Source of the DNA: Octopus sinensis
Lineage: Eukaryota
Assembly: GCF_006345805.1 (NCBI RefSeq)
Contig: NC_043007.1
Location: 69,812,001-69,876,000, forward strand
Length of the DNA stretch: 64,000 nt
Direction: 5' to 3'
Positions 13,463 through 27,360 of the stretch are shown piece by piece (positions within the stretch are counted from its first letter, which is position 1; each line of letters starts with the position of its first letter). Under the pieces are notes generated by a model. That model was not told where the DNA came from and searched no databases. It was given only the letters and a program-made list of their open reading frames with translations. The position numbers were made by a program, and so were the translations under genes.

Positions 13463-14284
13463 GAATACATATATACATACATACACACACACACACAGTG
13501 GTGAGAGTTAAATACACTGATGAACTTATGTGCATTAACTCTACATACATATCTATATCTCTTAGTGTATACCTGTAAGTGGTGGATGTATATGTTTTCA
13601 CTGTTTTCTTTTTCCTACTCTATTTGCTTGTGTGTGGGGGGCATGTATGTATGAGTACATAAGTATATGTGTGTATGCATACATGTATGATGGGTGTGTG
13701 TAGGAATGTGTATGGACTAGTAATGGTTAATAATATTTTGCCCACAAAAAAATCCCTCAATACAAAATCCTCTAATATCAGATTTTGGTTCAAAACATCT
13801 CACCCCCAGTCAACTGATAAACTCCGTTTTATTAATTTCTCTCCCACATGCTTTAGTCTTTTTTTTTTTTTTTTTTTGCTCCTTTGGCAACAAGTTTCCT
13901 AATCATATACACAACCAAAGATATTTCTTGCCTAGGTATGATTGTACATATTGTATCATGTGTATGCAGGACTGTCTATGCCTTTGTATTACTGAGCATA
14001 CATGCATGGATATTTAGACATCAGTACTGGCTATAAATTTTGATTTAAAACAAATTCTCAGTGTTGTATGATTTGAGTGACATGAGATTTCTCAAACAAC
14101 TAGAGAAGGATGTAATCACCTGACCCTAAAAGCAGAGACAATGATTGGCTATCCAGTACTAGACATCCATACAAAAACAAAATAAACTGTAATGCATCAA
14201 ATATTTTATATCTCTGGAGATAAATAAAGCAATAGAAAAGATACTTCCATCTCCAGATTCATTTCTTCTAACATTAATGACATA

Positions 14285-14329
<45 letters not shown>

Positions 14330-16356
14330 TATATATATATACACACACACACACACATATACATAGAGAGAGAGATGGACACAAACACATTAATCAAAGT
14401 ATACAGTATTATAGATTCATTTCAGCCAATCTTACCAATTGGTTTAGTAGAAGGTGGTTATCTAAATATGTGATCTTCAGAAATGGCAGGAATGGGGGAA
14501 ATGTGGTGACTGTTGTTTGTGGATACTATGAAAAAAAGAGGAAACAAAGTCACAGGGGACAATTGAATGAGGGAATTATCAAGAGTTATGTCCCTTGGCC
14601 TGTACAAAACCCAAGTTAATTGAAGCAGCAAGAGTTTGGTGGGTGAACATATGATTGGGTAAGAAATTGGTACAAATGCATGGGTTGAAGGGGACCGAAT
14701 AGGTATCTGAACCTTTAACCCTATGTTTAGGCAGATATGCAGAAGTGTCAATGTGTGTATGGTTTGATTACAGACCTTACTGGGTTCTCAGGATGTTATG
14801 GTGGAAGGACTGATGGTAGAAAACCTAGTGATTATAGTAATGATGGCACCTGTAGGTAAGACATACCTACTCTCATGTGGGCATGGACTACAAATCTCAT
14901 TTCTGCAGTTTAGAAAGATGTTCAGGTGATAAGTTTTTAACAATTCTTTTCATGGTTTAACATAACCTGCATTTTCTGCTGCTATTAAAATAAGGCTCAC
15001 ACTTCAAGATTTTCCATTTGATGTTACAATTTGTTATGTTTTCCTTTAACAATCAAACATGTCTAGCCAGAGCTGTGACACTGTGTCTTATGGATACTGA
15101 AGGAAGACTTATGGTTGTTGAATCTGGTCCTGAGAGGACACATTTGACTGCCCATTGTAGCCCTTTAACAGTACTTCTACCTCATACATGACTGTCTCCA
15201 TGTAGCATCGGCCATTAAAGGACATGAAGTTGTCCCTGCATGAGCATCCTGCCTCAGGTGTGGGCATACTTACCAGGATTTTCTTTACACAAGGTGCACA
15301 GCTAAAAATGAACATTTAAGGTGTGTCTAATAAAAATTGGCTTCTGCTGAGACCTTGAACCCTTGAGAATTCCTAGTATAGATGGGATCCTTCCTATAAA
15401 CACACACACATACACATATGTACATACATTTTATTTTGGTTGAAATAGTATCTTGCTACTCTAAGTTTCTCCTGTGGGTACACAGGGCCTTCAGGCAAGT
15501 TATAAATATACAGACATGGCTGTGTTGTTAAGCTTACTTTACAACAAAATGGCTTTGGGTTCAATCCCACAGCACAGCATCTTGGGCAAGTGTCTATATA
15601 ATAGCCCTACGTCAACTAATGCCTTGTGGCTAAATTTCATCAATGAAAACTGTAAAAGCCTCATATGTATGTGCGTGTGTGTTTTCTTCAACTGAGTGAC
15701 AACTGGCAATTGGTTTGTTTACATCCCAGTAACTTAGTGGCTTGTAGAAAGACTGAAAGAATAAGTACCAGACATAGAAAATGGTGTTGTGGCAATGTAC
15801 GTAGCACATGTACTACAGCAGTGCTATGCGTAGCTTAAATATTGAGATTAAATGCAGAAAAATTATGCCAACCTAATCCATGCATAGTAATCAGAGTAAC
15901 CTTCATAATTTTATTGAATTAGGTACATATTTTGCCATAAAAAGAAAATGTTGCTATTGATCGATTTTATTCAAAGTAAGCACTACCTATCTTGCCTAAG
16001 TGGGCAGCATGTCCCCGATTATATATATATGAGAGACAGAGAGAGAGAGAGAGAGAGAAGAAAAATTCAAATATTTGGCAAAGAATTCTGAAGTACAAAT
16101 ATTTTCAATTGCTTTAGCATACAAACAGAGGTTTCCTGTAAAAACATTCATTCCTCCTATTTCTTCTTCACAAAGCTAGATACTCTTCCTACTGCTAAAC
16201 ATGCATCTGTGAAATGGGAGGTGGGGACTGTTGTCAACTGGCAAACTTCAGAAAATAGAGTTTATACGAAGACTGTTGCCCTTATAACTGTATTCCTCTT
16301 TTTGTGATGACCACAGCAATGCAACACCTTAAATCTGACTACTTTTGTATCTTCAT

Positions 16357-16725
16357 GATGATGATGATCATCATCGTTTAACGTCCGCTTTCCATGCTAG
16401 CATGGGTTGGACGATTTTGACTGAGGGCTGGCAAACCAGATGGCTGCACCAGGCTCCAGTCTTGATCTGGCAGAGTTTCTACAGCTGGATGCCCTTCCTA
16501 ATGCCAACCACTCCAAGAGTGTAGTGGGTGCTTTTTATGTGCCACTGGCACAGGAGCCAGTCAGGCGGTACTGGCAATGACCTCGCTCGAATCTTTTTAC
16601 ATGTGCCAGTGAAGCGACTTTGGTAACGGTCCCGCTCAAATGGTGCCCTTTTACGTGCCACAGGTACGGAAGCCAGTTGGCTGCTCTGGCAAAGATCACG
16701 CTCGGATGGTGTATGATGATGATGT
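16357..16725 (-). mobile_element. Retroposon with RTE-type 3' tail (family B SINE or 5'-truncated LINE end)
   Basis: Reverse complement of ...ggttggcattaggaagggcatccagctgtagaaac...gtccaacccatgctagcatggaaagcggacgttaaacgatgatga. The same tail ends the RTE fragments at 19490-19660 and 35300-35460. Confidence 0.85.
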
Positions 16726-17092
16726 GTATGTTATTTCCTAAACAACAACAAAAACATAAAAACGTATAATTATCAAGTTAATTTTGAAATTTTAACATTT
16801 CATCATATAAGAAATGCCTGCCTAGATAACGATAATATTTATCATTATCATTCAATTATGATATTTATAAGAAAGACGTCAGTGTGTAAGTAATTCTACT
16901 AATTTGATGATTTTTATCAAATGACATCATTAAACATGCAAATCTTTTAAAAGATAGCAATAAATACAGTGTGATCAGATAAAGAAAGAATAAAAAAATA
17001 TATGTCAAATGAAATTTATTTTAATCAAATTAGTAAAATATTGGACAACATCCAAGTTAAACTGTTAGTGCAAGTGGCACTCTAGTTATATT

Positions 17093-17432
17093 TTACTTGT
17101 TTCAGTCATTTGATTTTTAGTTGAAAGTATTTTTAAGTGAGGTACTTATTTTATCAGTCTTATCAAACTGCTAAGTTACAGGGATGTAAACACACCAACA
17201 CAGGTTGTCTATGTGAGAGGGGGGGGGACAAAAATATACATATACATACACATATACACACACAAACAGGCTTCTTTCAGTTTCCACCAACTAAATCCAT
17301 TCACAAGGCTTTAATGGAACCAAGGCTATAGTAGAAGAAACTTGCCCAAGGTGCCACACAGTGGGACTGAACCCAGAACCATGTGGTTGGGAAGCAAGCT
17401 TCTTACTATACTGTCATCCCTGTGCCTTCACA
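17093..17432 (-). mobile_element. SINE family A (internally deleted)
   Basis: Reverse-complement tail (cttgtttcagtcatttga) and head (gtgccacacagtgggactgaacccagaaccatgtggttggg). Confidence 0.75.
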
Positions 17433-18149
17433 CAGCCACGAAATAACTTCAATACTTCGTTAACTAAACATGCTGATAAAGAAGTCTCGTAGAAAAGAAA
17501 CTAACTTTCAATAAAAGAAAAATAATTTCAATTAGAGACAAGAAAAGTTATTAAAATCTGAAAGGGCTGATAAGTTGTTTCAGGCTACAACAAGAAAAGT
17601 CAGTATCTGAGAGACATCTATACAATTAAAAAAATATGACCTATTTTATCTTGTTCATGTTATTGTAGACATTTGATTTTGAACTGTCACCATCAGGGAA
17701 CTTGTAAAAATAACAACTGACAGTTTACAAATGCCACAACAAGTTCTTTAAAAGATTAACAGCAGTATTAGAAACTGTTTTCTCATTTAACCCTTTCACT
17801 TTCGTATCAGCAATGATTTTAAATAAGTTGATGTTTTCCTATAAAAATGTTGAAACTAAAAAAGATGTGATCATTTGTGATTTAGTCCGAGTTTTCTTCG
17901 ATCAGTGATGTTTCATCAAGGCAGTCTGCCTCTCAATAAATGTCATATATTTGAATGGTAAAAAGGATAATTTCATAATAAAATTTGATTGAATTAAGTT
18001 TTGGTATATTACTGGTTACTCATTGCATTTTCATGGAGATGAAAGTCAAAGCTCACCCCGGGAGGATTTGAACTCAAATGCTAGTGTTGAAATGAAGAAC
18101 ATTTTAATGACATTCCAACCTTTCTATTGTAACACAAATTCAGCTTAAC

Positions 18150-19660
18150 AAAGGATTCAGTCAGTAAGGTGAGGGTTGGCAATGAATATAGCGATGAATT
18201 CTGGGTACAAGTAGGGGTTCACCAAGGATCAATCCTCCACCCCTTCCTATTCATCATAGTCCGGCAGGCAATAACAGAGGAATTTAAGATGGGCAGCCCC
18301 TGGGAGCTCCTCTATACTGATGATCTTGATTTTATAGCTGAATCACTACCAGAACTAGAAGAAATTTCAGGTGTGGAAACCAGGTCTACTATCGAAGGGC
18401 CTTAGAGTTAACCTAACAAAAACCAAAGTCTTAGTAAGTAGGAAAGGTGACAAATCACAAAACCTTTCAGGTAGATAGCCCTGCTCGATCTGTAGGAAAG
18501 GCATAGGTAGAAATTCCATAAAATGTACCTGGTGCAAGCTATGAACACATATGAGATGCAGCAATATCAGGGGTAGGTTAACTGGGAAAATAGATTTTGT
18601 GTGGAAGGTGCACAGGGTAAGCTAAAGGTAGTTGATAGCTTCTGTTAGCTAGATGACCAAGTAAGTAGTGAAGTTGGATGTCCAGAGTGTAGCTGCACAA
18701 ATAAGAATAGGCTGGGCAAAGTTCAGAGAGCTCCTACCTCTGCTGGCAACAGAGGGCCTCTCCTTCAGAGTGAAAAGCAGACTGTTTGATGCCTGTGTGT
18801 GAACAGCTATGCTGCACAGTAGTGAAACACGGGCTGTGACTGCTGAGGACATGCATAGGCTTGAAAGAAATGAAGCTAGCATGCTTTGCTGGATTGCAGT
18901 GTCAATGTGTATGTACAACAGACTGTAAATGTCTTGAGAGAAAAGTTGGAGATCAGATGTAGTGCGCAAGAGAGACAACTGTGCTGGTATGGTCATGTGA
19001 TGCATAGGGACAAGGATAGCTGTGTAAAGAAGTACCAGCCTCTGTGAAGGGAACCTGTGGGAGATATAGACCCAGGAAGACATGGGGTGAGGTGGTGCAG
19101 CATGATCTTTGAGCACTGGGCCTCATGGAGGCAATGACTAGTGACCAACACCTTTGACAATATGCCATGCTTGAGAAGACCCATGAAGCCAAGTGAAATC
19201 ATAGTTATAGCTGATGCTGGTGTCATGGAACTGGCATCCATACCAGTGGCATGTAAAAACCACCTTTCAAGAGAAAATCTGGCCTATGCCAGTGCTGCGT
19301 AACTATCACCTGTGCCAGTGTCGCACAACTAACACTTGCGCCAGTGACATGTAAAAAGCACTTTCGAACATTGAGCCTTACACAGGCAATGACAAATGGC
19401 CAAAACCTTCGGCAACATGCCACGGTTGAGTGGAAGACCCATTCTAGTTGTAGCAGATACTGGTGTGATGCAACTGGCACTCATGCCAGTGACACATAAA
19501 AGCACCCATTACACTCTTGGAGTGGTTGGTGTTAGGAAGGGTATCCAGTCGTAGAAACCATACCAAATCAGACTGGATTCTGGTCCAGTCCCTCAGCCTG
19601 CCAACCCTGGTTAAACTGTCCAACCCCTGCCAGCATAGACAACAGACATTAAATGCTGAT
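18150..19660 (+). mobile_element. RTE-clade LINE, 5'-truncated and frameshifted (RT C-terminal half plus 3' tail)
   Basis: ORF 18169-18405 VGVHQGSILHPFLF...WELLYTDDL matches the RT QGSxLSP/YADD motifs. Downstream frames give LFDACV..AMLHSSETRAVTAEDM and GRYRPRKTW, followed by the family-B tail. Confidence 0.88.
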
Positions 19661-20858
19661 AATTGATGAAAGAAAGAATATAGGAAATTGTGTCAATAAT
19701 TGGAAGTAAATGAATAGTTTTATAGAATTGTTTAAGTACTGTACAAATAAAATGCTTGGATTAAAAATAAACTAAACTGGTTCTGTAAAAATAAGTTCCA
19801 AGAGAACAATGAAATATACTCATTAAAAAACTGGCAAAATATATCCCAAGTGTATTTATTTTTAATATATATATATATTAACACCCTACCCCTGCCTCCG
19901 AAAGAATAAGTTTTAGTTCAATTATATGTAAACAGATTTTTGTTGACTCGGCACAAGGCCAAATATTGTAGAGATGAGAATAGTTGAAAGATTGGCTCCC
20001 TGCATAGAACTAGAACACACATTTTTCTCTCCAAATTAACATTAATATTCAAGATAAGACTTTTCTTTCCTGAATCATTTCTATGTTTATCCCTCTTCAG
20101 TACAGACATATATGTGTGTGTGAGTGTGTATGTATGTATATATATATATACACACACAATATATATTTTTAACACTCTTGTATATATGGGTGCATGTGTG
20201 TGTATGCTTGCGTGCAAATGATGATGTAATACCAAACTATGATATATAACAAGATTATGAACCAGCTGTAAACAAGTGGAATAAACTCTTACCTCACTTC
20301 TCTTATCTGTTCTATTTATAACGTGCGTGTATGTAGATGTGTGGTAAGAAGCTTGCTTCACAGCCACACGGTTTTAAGTTCAATTTCACTGCATGGCACC
20401 TTGGCCAAGTGTCTTCCACTATAGTCCCAGGACAACCAAAGCCTTGCAAATGGATTTTGCAGAAAGAAACAGGTAGAATTCTATTGGTGTGTGTATGTTG
20501 TGGTGGGCTGTGTTACAGTCTTCTTGACACTGTGTGATGTCTGGTAGTGGAGAAATATTAGCTTGCCTGGAAACATATGACAGTTGGCAACAGAGAGGCC
20601 ATACACCTCAATGAAATTCTGTCAGCCTCATACCAGCAAGGAAAAGTGAACATTAAACCAATGATAGATTATATATATATATACACATACACACAAAAGA
20701 AATTAAAAAAGGAAACCACACACTTACATAGTTTTAATATAATTTTGATATTAAAAATTATATTAAAACTATATAAGAGTGCGTATTTTCCTTTTTTAAT
20801 TTCTTATATACATTACAACTCACCATGTGGGGATAATCGAAATCCTCTTTTCTGTTGC

Positions 20859-20861
<3 letters not shown>

Positions 20862-20905
<44 letters not shown>

Positions 20906-20922
20906 TATATATATATATATAT
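20862..20922. repeat. (TA)n microsatellite, one of many (TA)/(CA)/(CT) tracts, e.g. 10972-11027, 36893-36921, 55027-55057
   Basis: Direct reading. Confidence 0.95.
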
Positions 20923-21489
20923 GATATAGTAAAGAACAGATGAACCTAATTTAGGTTTTGTTAAAGCATATCTCTAGAAAGTCATTCTGATATAAAACTG
21001 AACAGAACTGAACATTTTGGGGGAACTTTTGCTTACACTTGAGATCATGGTGCTTCCACATTCCTAGCCTGCAACCCAGATTGGCACTGGGTATATTGCC
21101 CTGGTTTGCCTCTGGATCATATCAGAGTGGAGAGTGTTTGTGAAGTGCAGTGCAAGCCTTACTGGACCTAAATTTTTTAGGGAGTGCTGTAGCAAGCATG
21201 GAAGCCATAGACAAGAACCCAGGTGAAGCCGACTGCTGGTGTAATAATCTCATGCATGAGTATTACAGGCATTTTGCATGAGCAATGATCAGTTATGGTC
21301 TTCCTCAGTCAGAAGTAAACGGCCATCATACAGTAAATTATCATAGTGCAGCTGAGAGAAATTATTCTTACACCCTCGACAAACAAATCCAGATATGGTC
21401 TAACTAGATCTCTATAAGACCAAGTTCACCATGCTAAGACTGGAACATATTCAGAGCTATCATACAGCTTAGCCAAAATAATTAAAAGT

Positions 21490-21737
21490 CGCCTAGCCCC
21501 CGTGCCGGTGGCACATAAAAAGCACCATCTGATCGTGGACGTTTGCCAGCCTCGACTGGCACCTGTGCCAGTGGCGCGTAAAAAGCACCCATTACACTCA
21601 CGGAGTGGTTGGCGTTAGGAAAGGCATCCAGCCACAGAAACATTGCCAGATCAGACTGGGCCTGGTGCAGCCTTCTGGCTTCCCAGACCCCAGTTGCACC
21701 GTCCAAACCATGCTAGCGGACGCTAAACAAAGAAGAA
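21490..21737 (+). mobile_element. Retroposon with RTE-type 3' tail (family B)
   Basis: ggtggcacataaaaagcacc...gagtggttggcgttaggaaaggcatccagcc...accatgctagcggacgctaaac. Confidence 0.8.
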
Positions 21738-22523
21738 GATCATAAGTCACTAAGCAAATACTGTCTTTTATTCATAATTATATTTTCTAATTACCTTGTT
21801 TAAATACTCACTGCATTAAATATGTTCATACTAAGTTTAACATTCAACACTGACTAGTCTATTGATGTCTCAGTCCATCCATCCATCCATTTACTTTCGG
21901 TGTAAACCAGTCAATTTCATCAGTCTTTCACTATCTTGACTGATTTCAATTTTTGCAGCAATGGGGTACAGAATAAAACGTGTAACAAAATACTACAAGA
22001 AAAGAAAAAAAAACACCTCTATCAAAGCATTTCCATAAAATGAAACATTCACACGTTTAACAAGGACCATTAACAAGGACACACAAGGACCATTATCCTA
22101 TGTGGTAAATTATAAAACAGCTTTAAAAGTGACAATGGTTCAAACAAACACACAATACATGACTAAAAATGATAGATTTACAGTCACTGCATTCCAAAAA
22201 AAAAAGAAGAAAAAAGAAAAAAAACTGTTACAGGACAATGAAAATTGCGAGCCTATCAAAATAATTGATTGGTGTAATACTAAAGTGAAGATATAGTAGA
22301 AATCTATATGATCTCCTAAATCGCTTGAAATAGTATTATCTAAATGACAACTAAAAAATTTGTTGGTATGTTGATACTGAGATAAAAAAAAAGTTGAATT
22401 TGATAACATTTTGTTGCATTGTTTTCAAATTTGATGCATTTCTGAATTATAGATAAATATAGTTCTGAGTCATCCAAAAATCAAGTCCAGCAGTTATGGA
22501 TGTTACGAAGAGATAAACAGTGA

Positions 22524-22730
22524 TACTCTTCTACTTGTTTCAGTCATTTGACTGTGCCTATGCTGGAGCACCGCCTTTAGTCGAGCAAATCGACCCCAGG
22601 CCTTATTCTTTGTAAGCCTAGTACTTATTCTGTTGGTCTCTTTTGCCGAACCACCAAGTTACAGGGACGTAAACACACCACCATCGGTTGTCAAGCGATG
22701 TTGGGGGGACAAACAGAGACACACAAACAT

Positions 22731-22777
<47 letters not shown>

Positions 22778-22932
22778 TACTCGATGGGCTTCGTTCAGTT
22801 TCCATCTACCAAATCCACTCACAAGGCTTTGGTCAGCCTGAGGCTTTGCCCAAGGTGCCACACAGTGGGACTGAACCTGGAACCATGTGGTTTGTAAGCA
22901 AGCTACTTACCACACAGCCTCTCCTATGCCTA
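22524..22932 (-). mobile_element. SINE family A, full length
   Basis: Reverse complement of the 4467/39362 element, including the internal (CA)(TA) microsatellite. Confidence 0.9.
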
Positions 22933-25748
22933 TACTGTAAATTTTGTATATTTTACTTGTTAATGGAGAGCAAGTCATCCAGGGTGGAGGGAGTGGAAGC
23001 TTGTAGAGAATTATAGACACGCAGGTAAGAATAACTTAAAACATAATATTTAGTTATATTTATCCTTTTTGATACTAACCTGCCCAAGATTGCCCCCACT
23101 TCTTTGCTACAAACTATATAAAGTGATCTAAATTAAATTGGCAAGGAATTTTAATGAGAAATTTTATGTTCCAATTACCAGCTTAGTCATGACCAAGCAT
23201 CACCTTCATACTACGAAGTTACTTAAAAAACACAGTATATCATCTGGTTCGGAAATGTGCATGCACAAACACATACACACACACACAAAAAAAAAGCTGA
23301 AAAGTGAAGAGAACAATATTCTACAAGTCAGCAGTGAACTCCACAGGAAGCACACTTTTCCAGACAACCTCCCATATAACCTCAAAACAGATGGACTAAC
23401 ATACCTCAAAAGACAACATGGAAGTGAAGTGCTCAGCATACCAAAAGGACTATATATTGGTAAGTTTCCCAAACACTTGAAGTGATACCCACATGTGACA
23501 TGAAGTGCAGACTCTTTTGGATTCACGACCACTACATCACATCATACTTTGAAAATTACGCATTTGCAATCCAAAAACAGGAGATTGCTATGAAATACCC
23601 AGTAATCAAAAGAGACAGTGAAACACTTTGGAGCTGCAAGATGCAGCCAAAACTGTTGATGTCATATTTCTGTAGACGACAATCACATGCTTAACAGCTG
23701 CCCAAACATTTCATCAAGTTACTATTTCCCTATGTAACATGATACTGTTACTAAAAGAATGTATGATGTCATCTGAAAAAAAAAAAAAAACTATCCTGGA
23801 ATACAGAGAATTCCCCCATCCCATCCATTGATAAAAACATACATATATAAACATTAGCACAAGGATTTTTGGTGGAAAATTCCCATCGAAACTGTCAAAT
23901 GTAAATGGGCTTGAAATTGTAACAGACAATTTGTAAGTGGAACAGTAAAAATATGCAAGACTTTTTACAAGTTTAAAATGTGAATTTGTTTTTGTCATCT
24001 AGATGCCAATGATGGAGCTTTACATCTTGGTTAGAAACTAGCTCCTTCTTTACAAGAAGACTTCAAATAATTAAAAACATAAGAGAGGCACACACACATT
24101 TACATGCATTTATATACATACAATCACATACAGGCACCAATAAACACATCTATATATGTGTACACACACAAATATATACCCATGTGTACACACACACACT
24201 TGCATATTCAAACACATACATTTCATATTCACACACACACACACACACCTGCGTGTGGTGTGTGTAACTGCTGTATTTTAGTGGAGAAGTCCTTTTGCTA
24301 CCTTTTAAGAATAGTGTAGTTGTGGAAATAGGAAAATACCCTCCGAGTCCCTGTGTTGTCTTTAATAAAAGACCATAGCTGTAAATATACTGTATGTGAA
24401 AATAAAATGGCTGATAATACCTGGAATACCTTTGATCATAGGTCTGTTTAATCAGGCAGACAACAGGCTAAATTACATGTCAGGATAAGGTTAGGATTAA
24501 TGTTCAAACTTAAAAACAAAAAGTGCTGACAGCTCTTCTAATTTCTGACCACATAATCACTACAATTATTCAACAAAAAAAATATCCTTACCTTATGAGG
24601 GTCATGTTCCTGTGACAAAAACCTTTAAAGATGATCTTACACACTCCAGAGCTGAAGCAGCACTAAAAAAACTGTTTGCTTTACAACAGCTATACCAGAT
24701 AATCTTTTAATGAGATATGAAGATTAAATTTTTTTTTTATCATGATAGACAGATGGCCAGAGAAAGGCAGAGGGAAACATGAATGTTCAGGTAGGTAGAT
24801 ATATATAAATATAAATTATATATATATACACGCAGGATGTTGCATAGGTAAGGCAGTATTTAAAGATGCTTTATATGTGAAAACCTAACAGTTATATGTG
24901 CAATTTGTTACGTAAATAAGAATTCTAGTTATAACAATAAGGTTAAAGCTTCAATTAATGAAAGATCACTAATTAATGATATGGAAGCCTAACTGACAAA
25001 TAGTGTGGTAGCTTGTCTGTCAGGAGTGAGAAATGGGTTGGAGTAGATTAAAGCATCTTTTGTCCCAAACAGAATAAAAAGTCAGTTTGCTCAATGTTAG
25101 ACTTATTCAAATATTAAGACACTTCATAGACACGAAGATATCATTAGACATATCAAAAAAATTATATCCTAACTCACCTGCTAAACATGAACAAGCTATT
25201 ATGACCAAGATCTTTACAAATATTAAACCTTTTCATCAGTGAGGTGTAACACTAAAGCCAACATCAAAGACTGACCCTCCTCTTTAAAGTCAGAAAATAC
25301 ATAAGCTGCCGTCCTTTATATAAGTAACCCACAACAAAACTCAAGTGAATACCACCTCCTCATGAAACAGTGTTGTAGCTGTTGCTACATATAGACATAC
25401 TAGACTATATCCAAAACACTTGAGTGATTGAAATGAAATTGCTCATCACTCCAACCTCTGACTCACAGATGTTATATATCTTTACCTTACCTTTTCTACA
25501 GGAACTACAACAGCTTCTGTTCCTTGGAACTGGTTGGTTCCATGCCATTTTCATTTAGGCACTCACAACCCACTCCTCTCCTTATCCATATTGTGTCCCA
25601 TCATAGTCACCTTCCCTAACTATGATATATCCAGTCTTCCAATCCTAAAAAGTCACCCCTTTTGAATTTGCTCCTTGTTCATGTTTTTCCTGTAACCATC
25701 AACTTGTGACAATTCAAGTAAAACATTAACCACATTGTACTTTCACAG

Positions 25749-25981
25749 TAGAGGCGCAATGGCCCAGTGGTTAGGGCAGCGGACTCGCGGTCGCAGGATC
25801 GCGGTTTCGATTCTCAGACCGGGCGTTGTGTGTGTTTATTGAGCGAAAACACCTAAAAAAGCTCTACGAGGCTCCGGCAGGGGGTGGTGATCCCTGCTGT
25901 ACTCTTTCACCACAATGGCGGTGCCCCAGCATGGCCACAGCTCAAGAGCTGAAACTGGAAAAAACAAACAAAAACAAACAA
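25749..25981 (+). mobile_element. Young chimeric tRNA-derived SINE with 17-bp TSD
   Basis: Flanked by acattgtactttcacag at 25732-25748 and 25982-25998. Head has A box TGGCCCAGTGG and B box GGTTTCGATTC (family D). The 3' end is ggcggtgccccagcatggccacag (family A-type tail) plus an A-rich tail. Confidence 0.88.
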
Positions 25982-27194
25982 ACATTGTACTTTCACAGCA
26001 GGAAAACATTGACTTGTAGAGATGCCCATACTGACAAACAGATGGTCATTCACATACACACACTGAACAAATACAAACTCAAACCAGAATATTTAAAAGC
26101 ACTGGTTTCTTTATGGTTAGAAGTTAAAGGAGAGAAAAGTATACTTTCACAATGGACATTTGTAAAGTAAAATTAGTTTTAATCTCACACTTAAAACCCA
26201 ATTCCTAGCTCAATTCCTAATACAGTTTCCACTACACTTATTATTTTGTTTATTCTACAACTGCTTTCTAAGCTGTCATGGGTGGAATGGTTTTTCTTTG
26301 AGCAGCTATTTTTAAATTTGAAATTCTAACTATGAAACAAGTCAATAATTGACAAAAGTAAAGAAACATCAGAGAGGTTTAACCACAAGCAGAAGTATCT
26401 TAAATATGTTGCAAGATTTTCTCTTGAAGGTGACTAAAGCATTGTTTAGAATAATTCTGATCTTCAGTAGATACCTCAGAATCACAAGCATTTTGGCCCT
26501 TGTATACTTCACCTGAGTGCTGAGTGAAGTAATGATTATGAACTGACAATGTGATCAGTAAAGATTTTGAAGAAACCAAAAGATACTATTGATGTACCAC
26601 AAGAAACTTGGATACAAAATCTCAGTCCAGCGTTATAGCCATCAAAATTTCTTCCTAAAAATGACCAATTTCGGAAAAAAATACAAACATTCTGACATAT
26701 TAACTTTTGCTTAATTATTCATCATATCTTCAAATTCCATCAAGTTTAGTAATAACTGATTAGAAAATCCTCTTAGCAATCTAATACTAAAGAGATACTC
26801 TCAAAGAAAGATACACCTAGAAGATAATTCTGCCGATTTGATAAGTCTTATCAAACACCATGATTAAGCACTTCAATCTGTTCATCACCAAAACAGGAAG
26901 TAAAATAAGGATTTTATCTTCGTGTCATGTTTTCACTAACAGTTTGAGGGGAAATAGTTAACAGGGAAAATATTTTATATTTAGGGGATGAAAAATGTGA
27001 TACGATGGTACTCCTGTCATGTATTATGGGCATCAGATGTAGAAAAATAAGAGGAAGTCACAATGCACTAAATAATTTCTAGTAACTTTAAGAAAAAAAA
27101 ACCCAAAATTTTTTAAGGAAAGATACATTTTAATTCATTCTCATTACTTACTCTAAGCTCTTTAAGTCAGAACTGCAATATTAAAAGCATATAC

Positions 27195-27360
27195 TTAAGC
27201 GACAAACTGGCAGAATTGTTAGCATGCCAGGCAAAATACTTAGAATTTCAGTTCATGTTTTGAGTTCAAATTCTACCAAGGTTGATTTTTTGCCTTTCGT
27301 ACTTTCGGGGTTGATAAAATAAGTACCAAATTACTGACCTTGTGCCAAAATTTGAAACCA
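27195..27360 (+). mobile_element. SINE family C (degenerate)
   Basis: ctggcagaattgttagcatgccaggcaaaatacttag...tgagttcaaattc...ttcggggttgataaaataagtacc. Confidence 0.7.

Noticed and set aside
25751-25822. tRNA-like sequence with A and B boxes
   Set aside because: It is the head of a SINE, continuing into SINE body and tail within a TSD. No clean cloverleaf or acceptor stem.
26590-26655. Minus-strand acceptor opening EENFDGYNAGLRFC...
   Set aside because: The frame hits a stop after ~39 codons, and only weak donors precede it.
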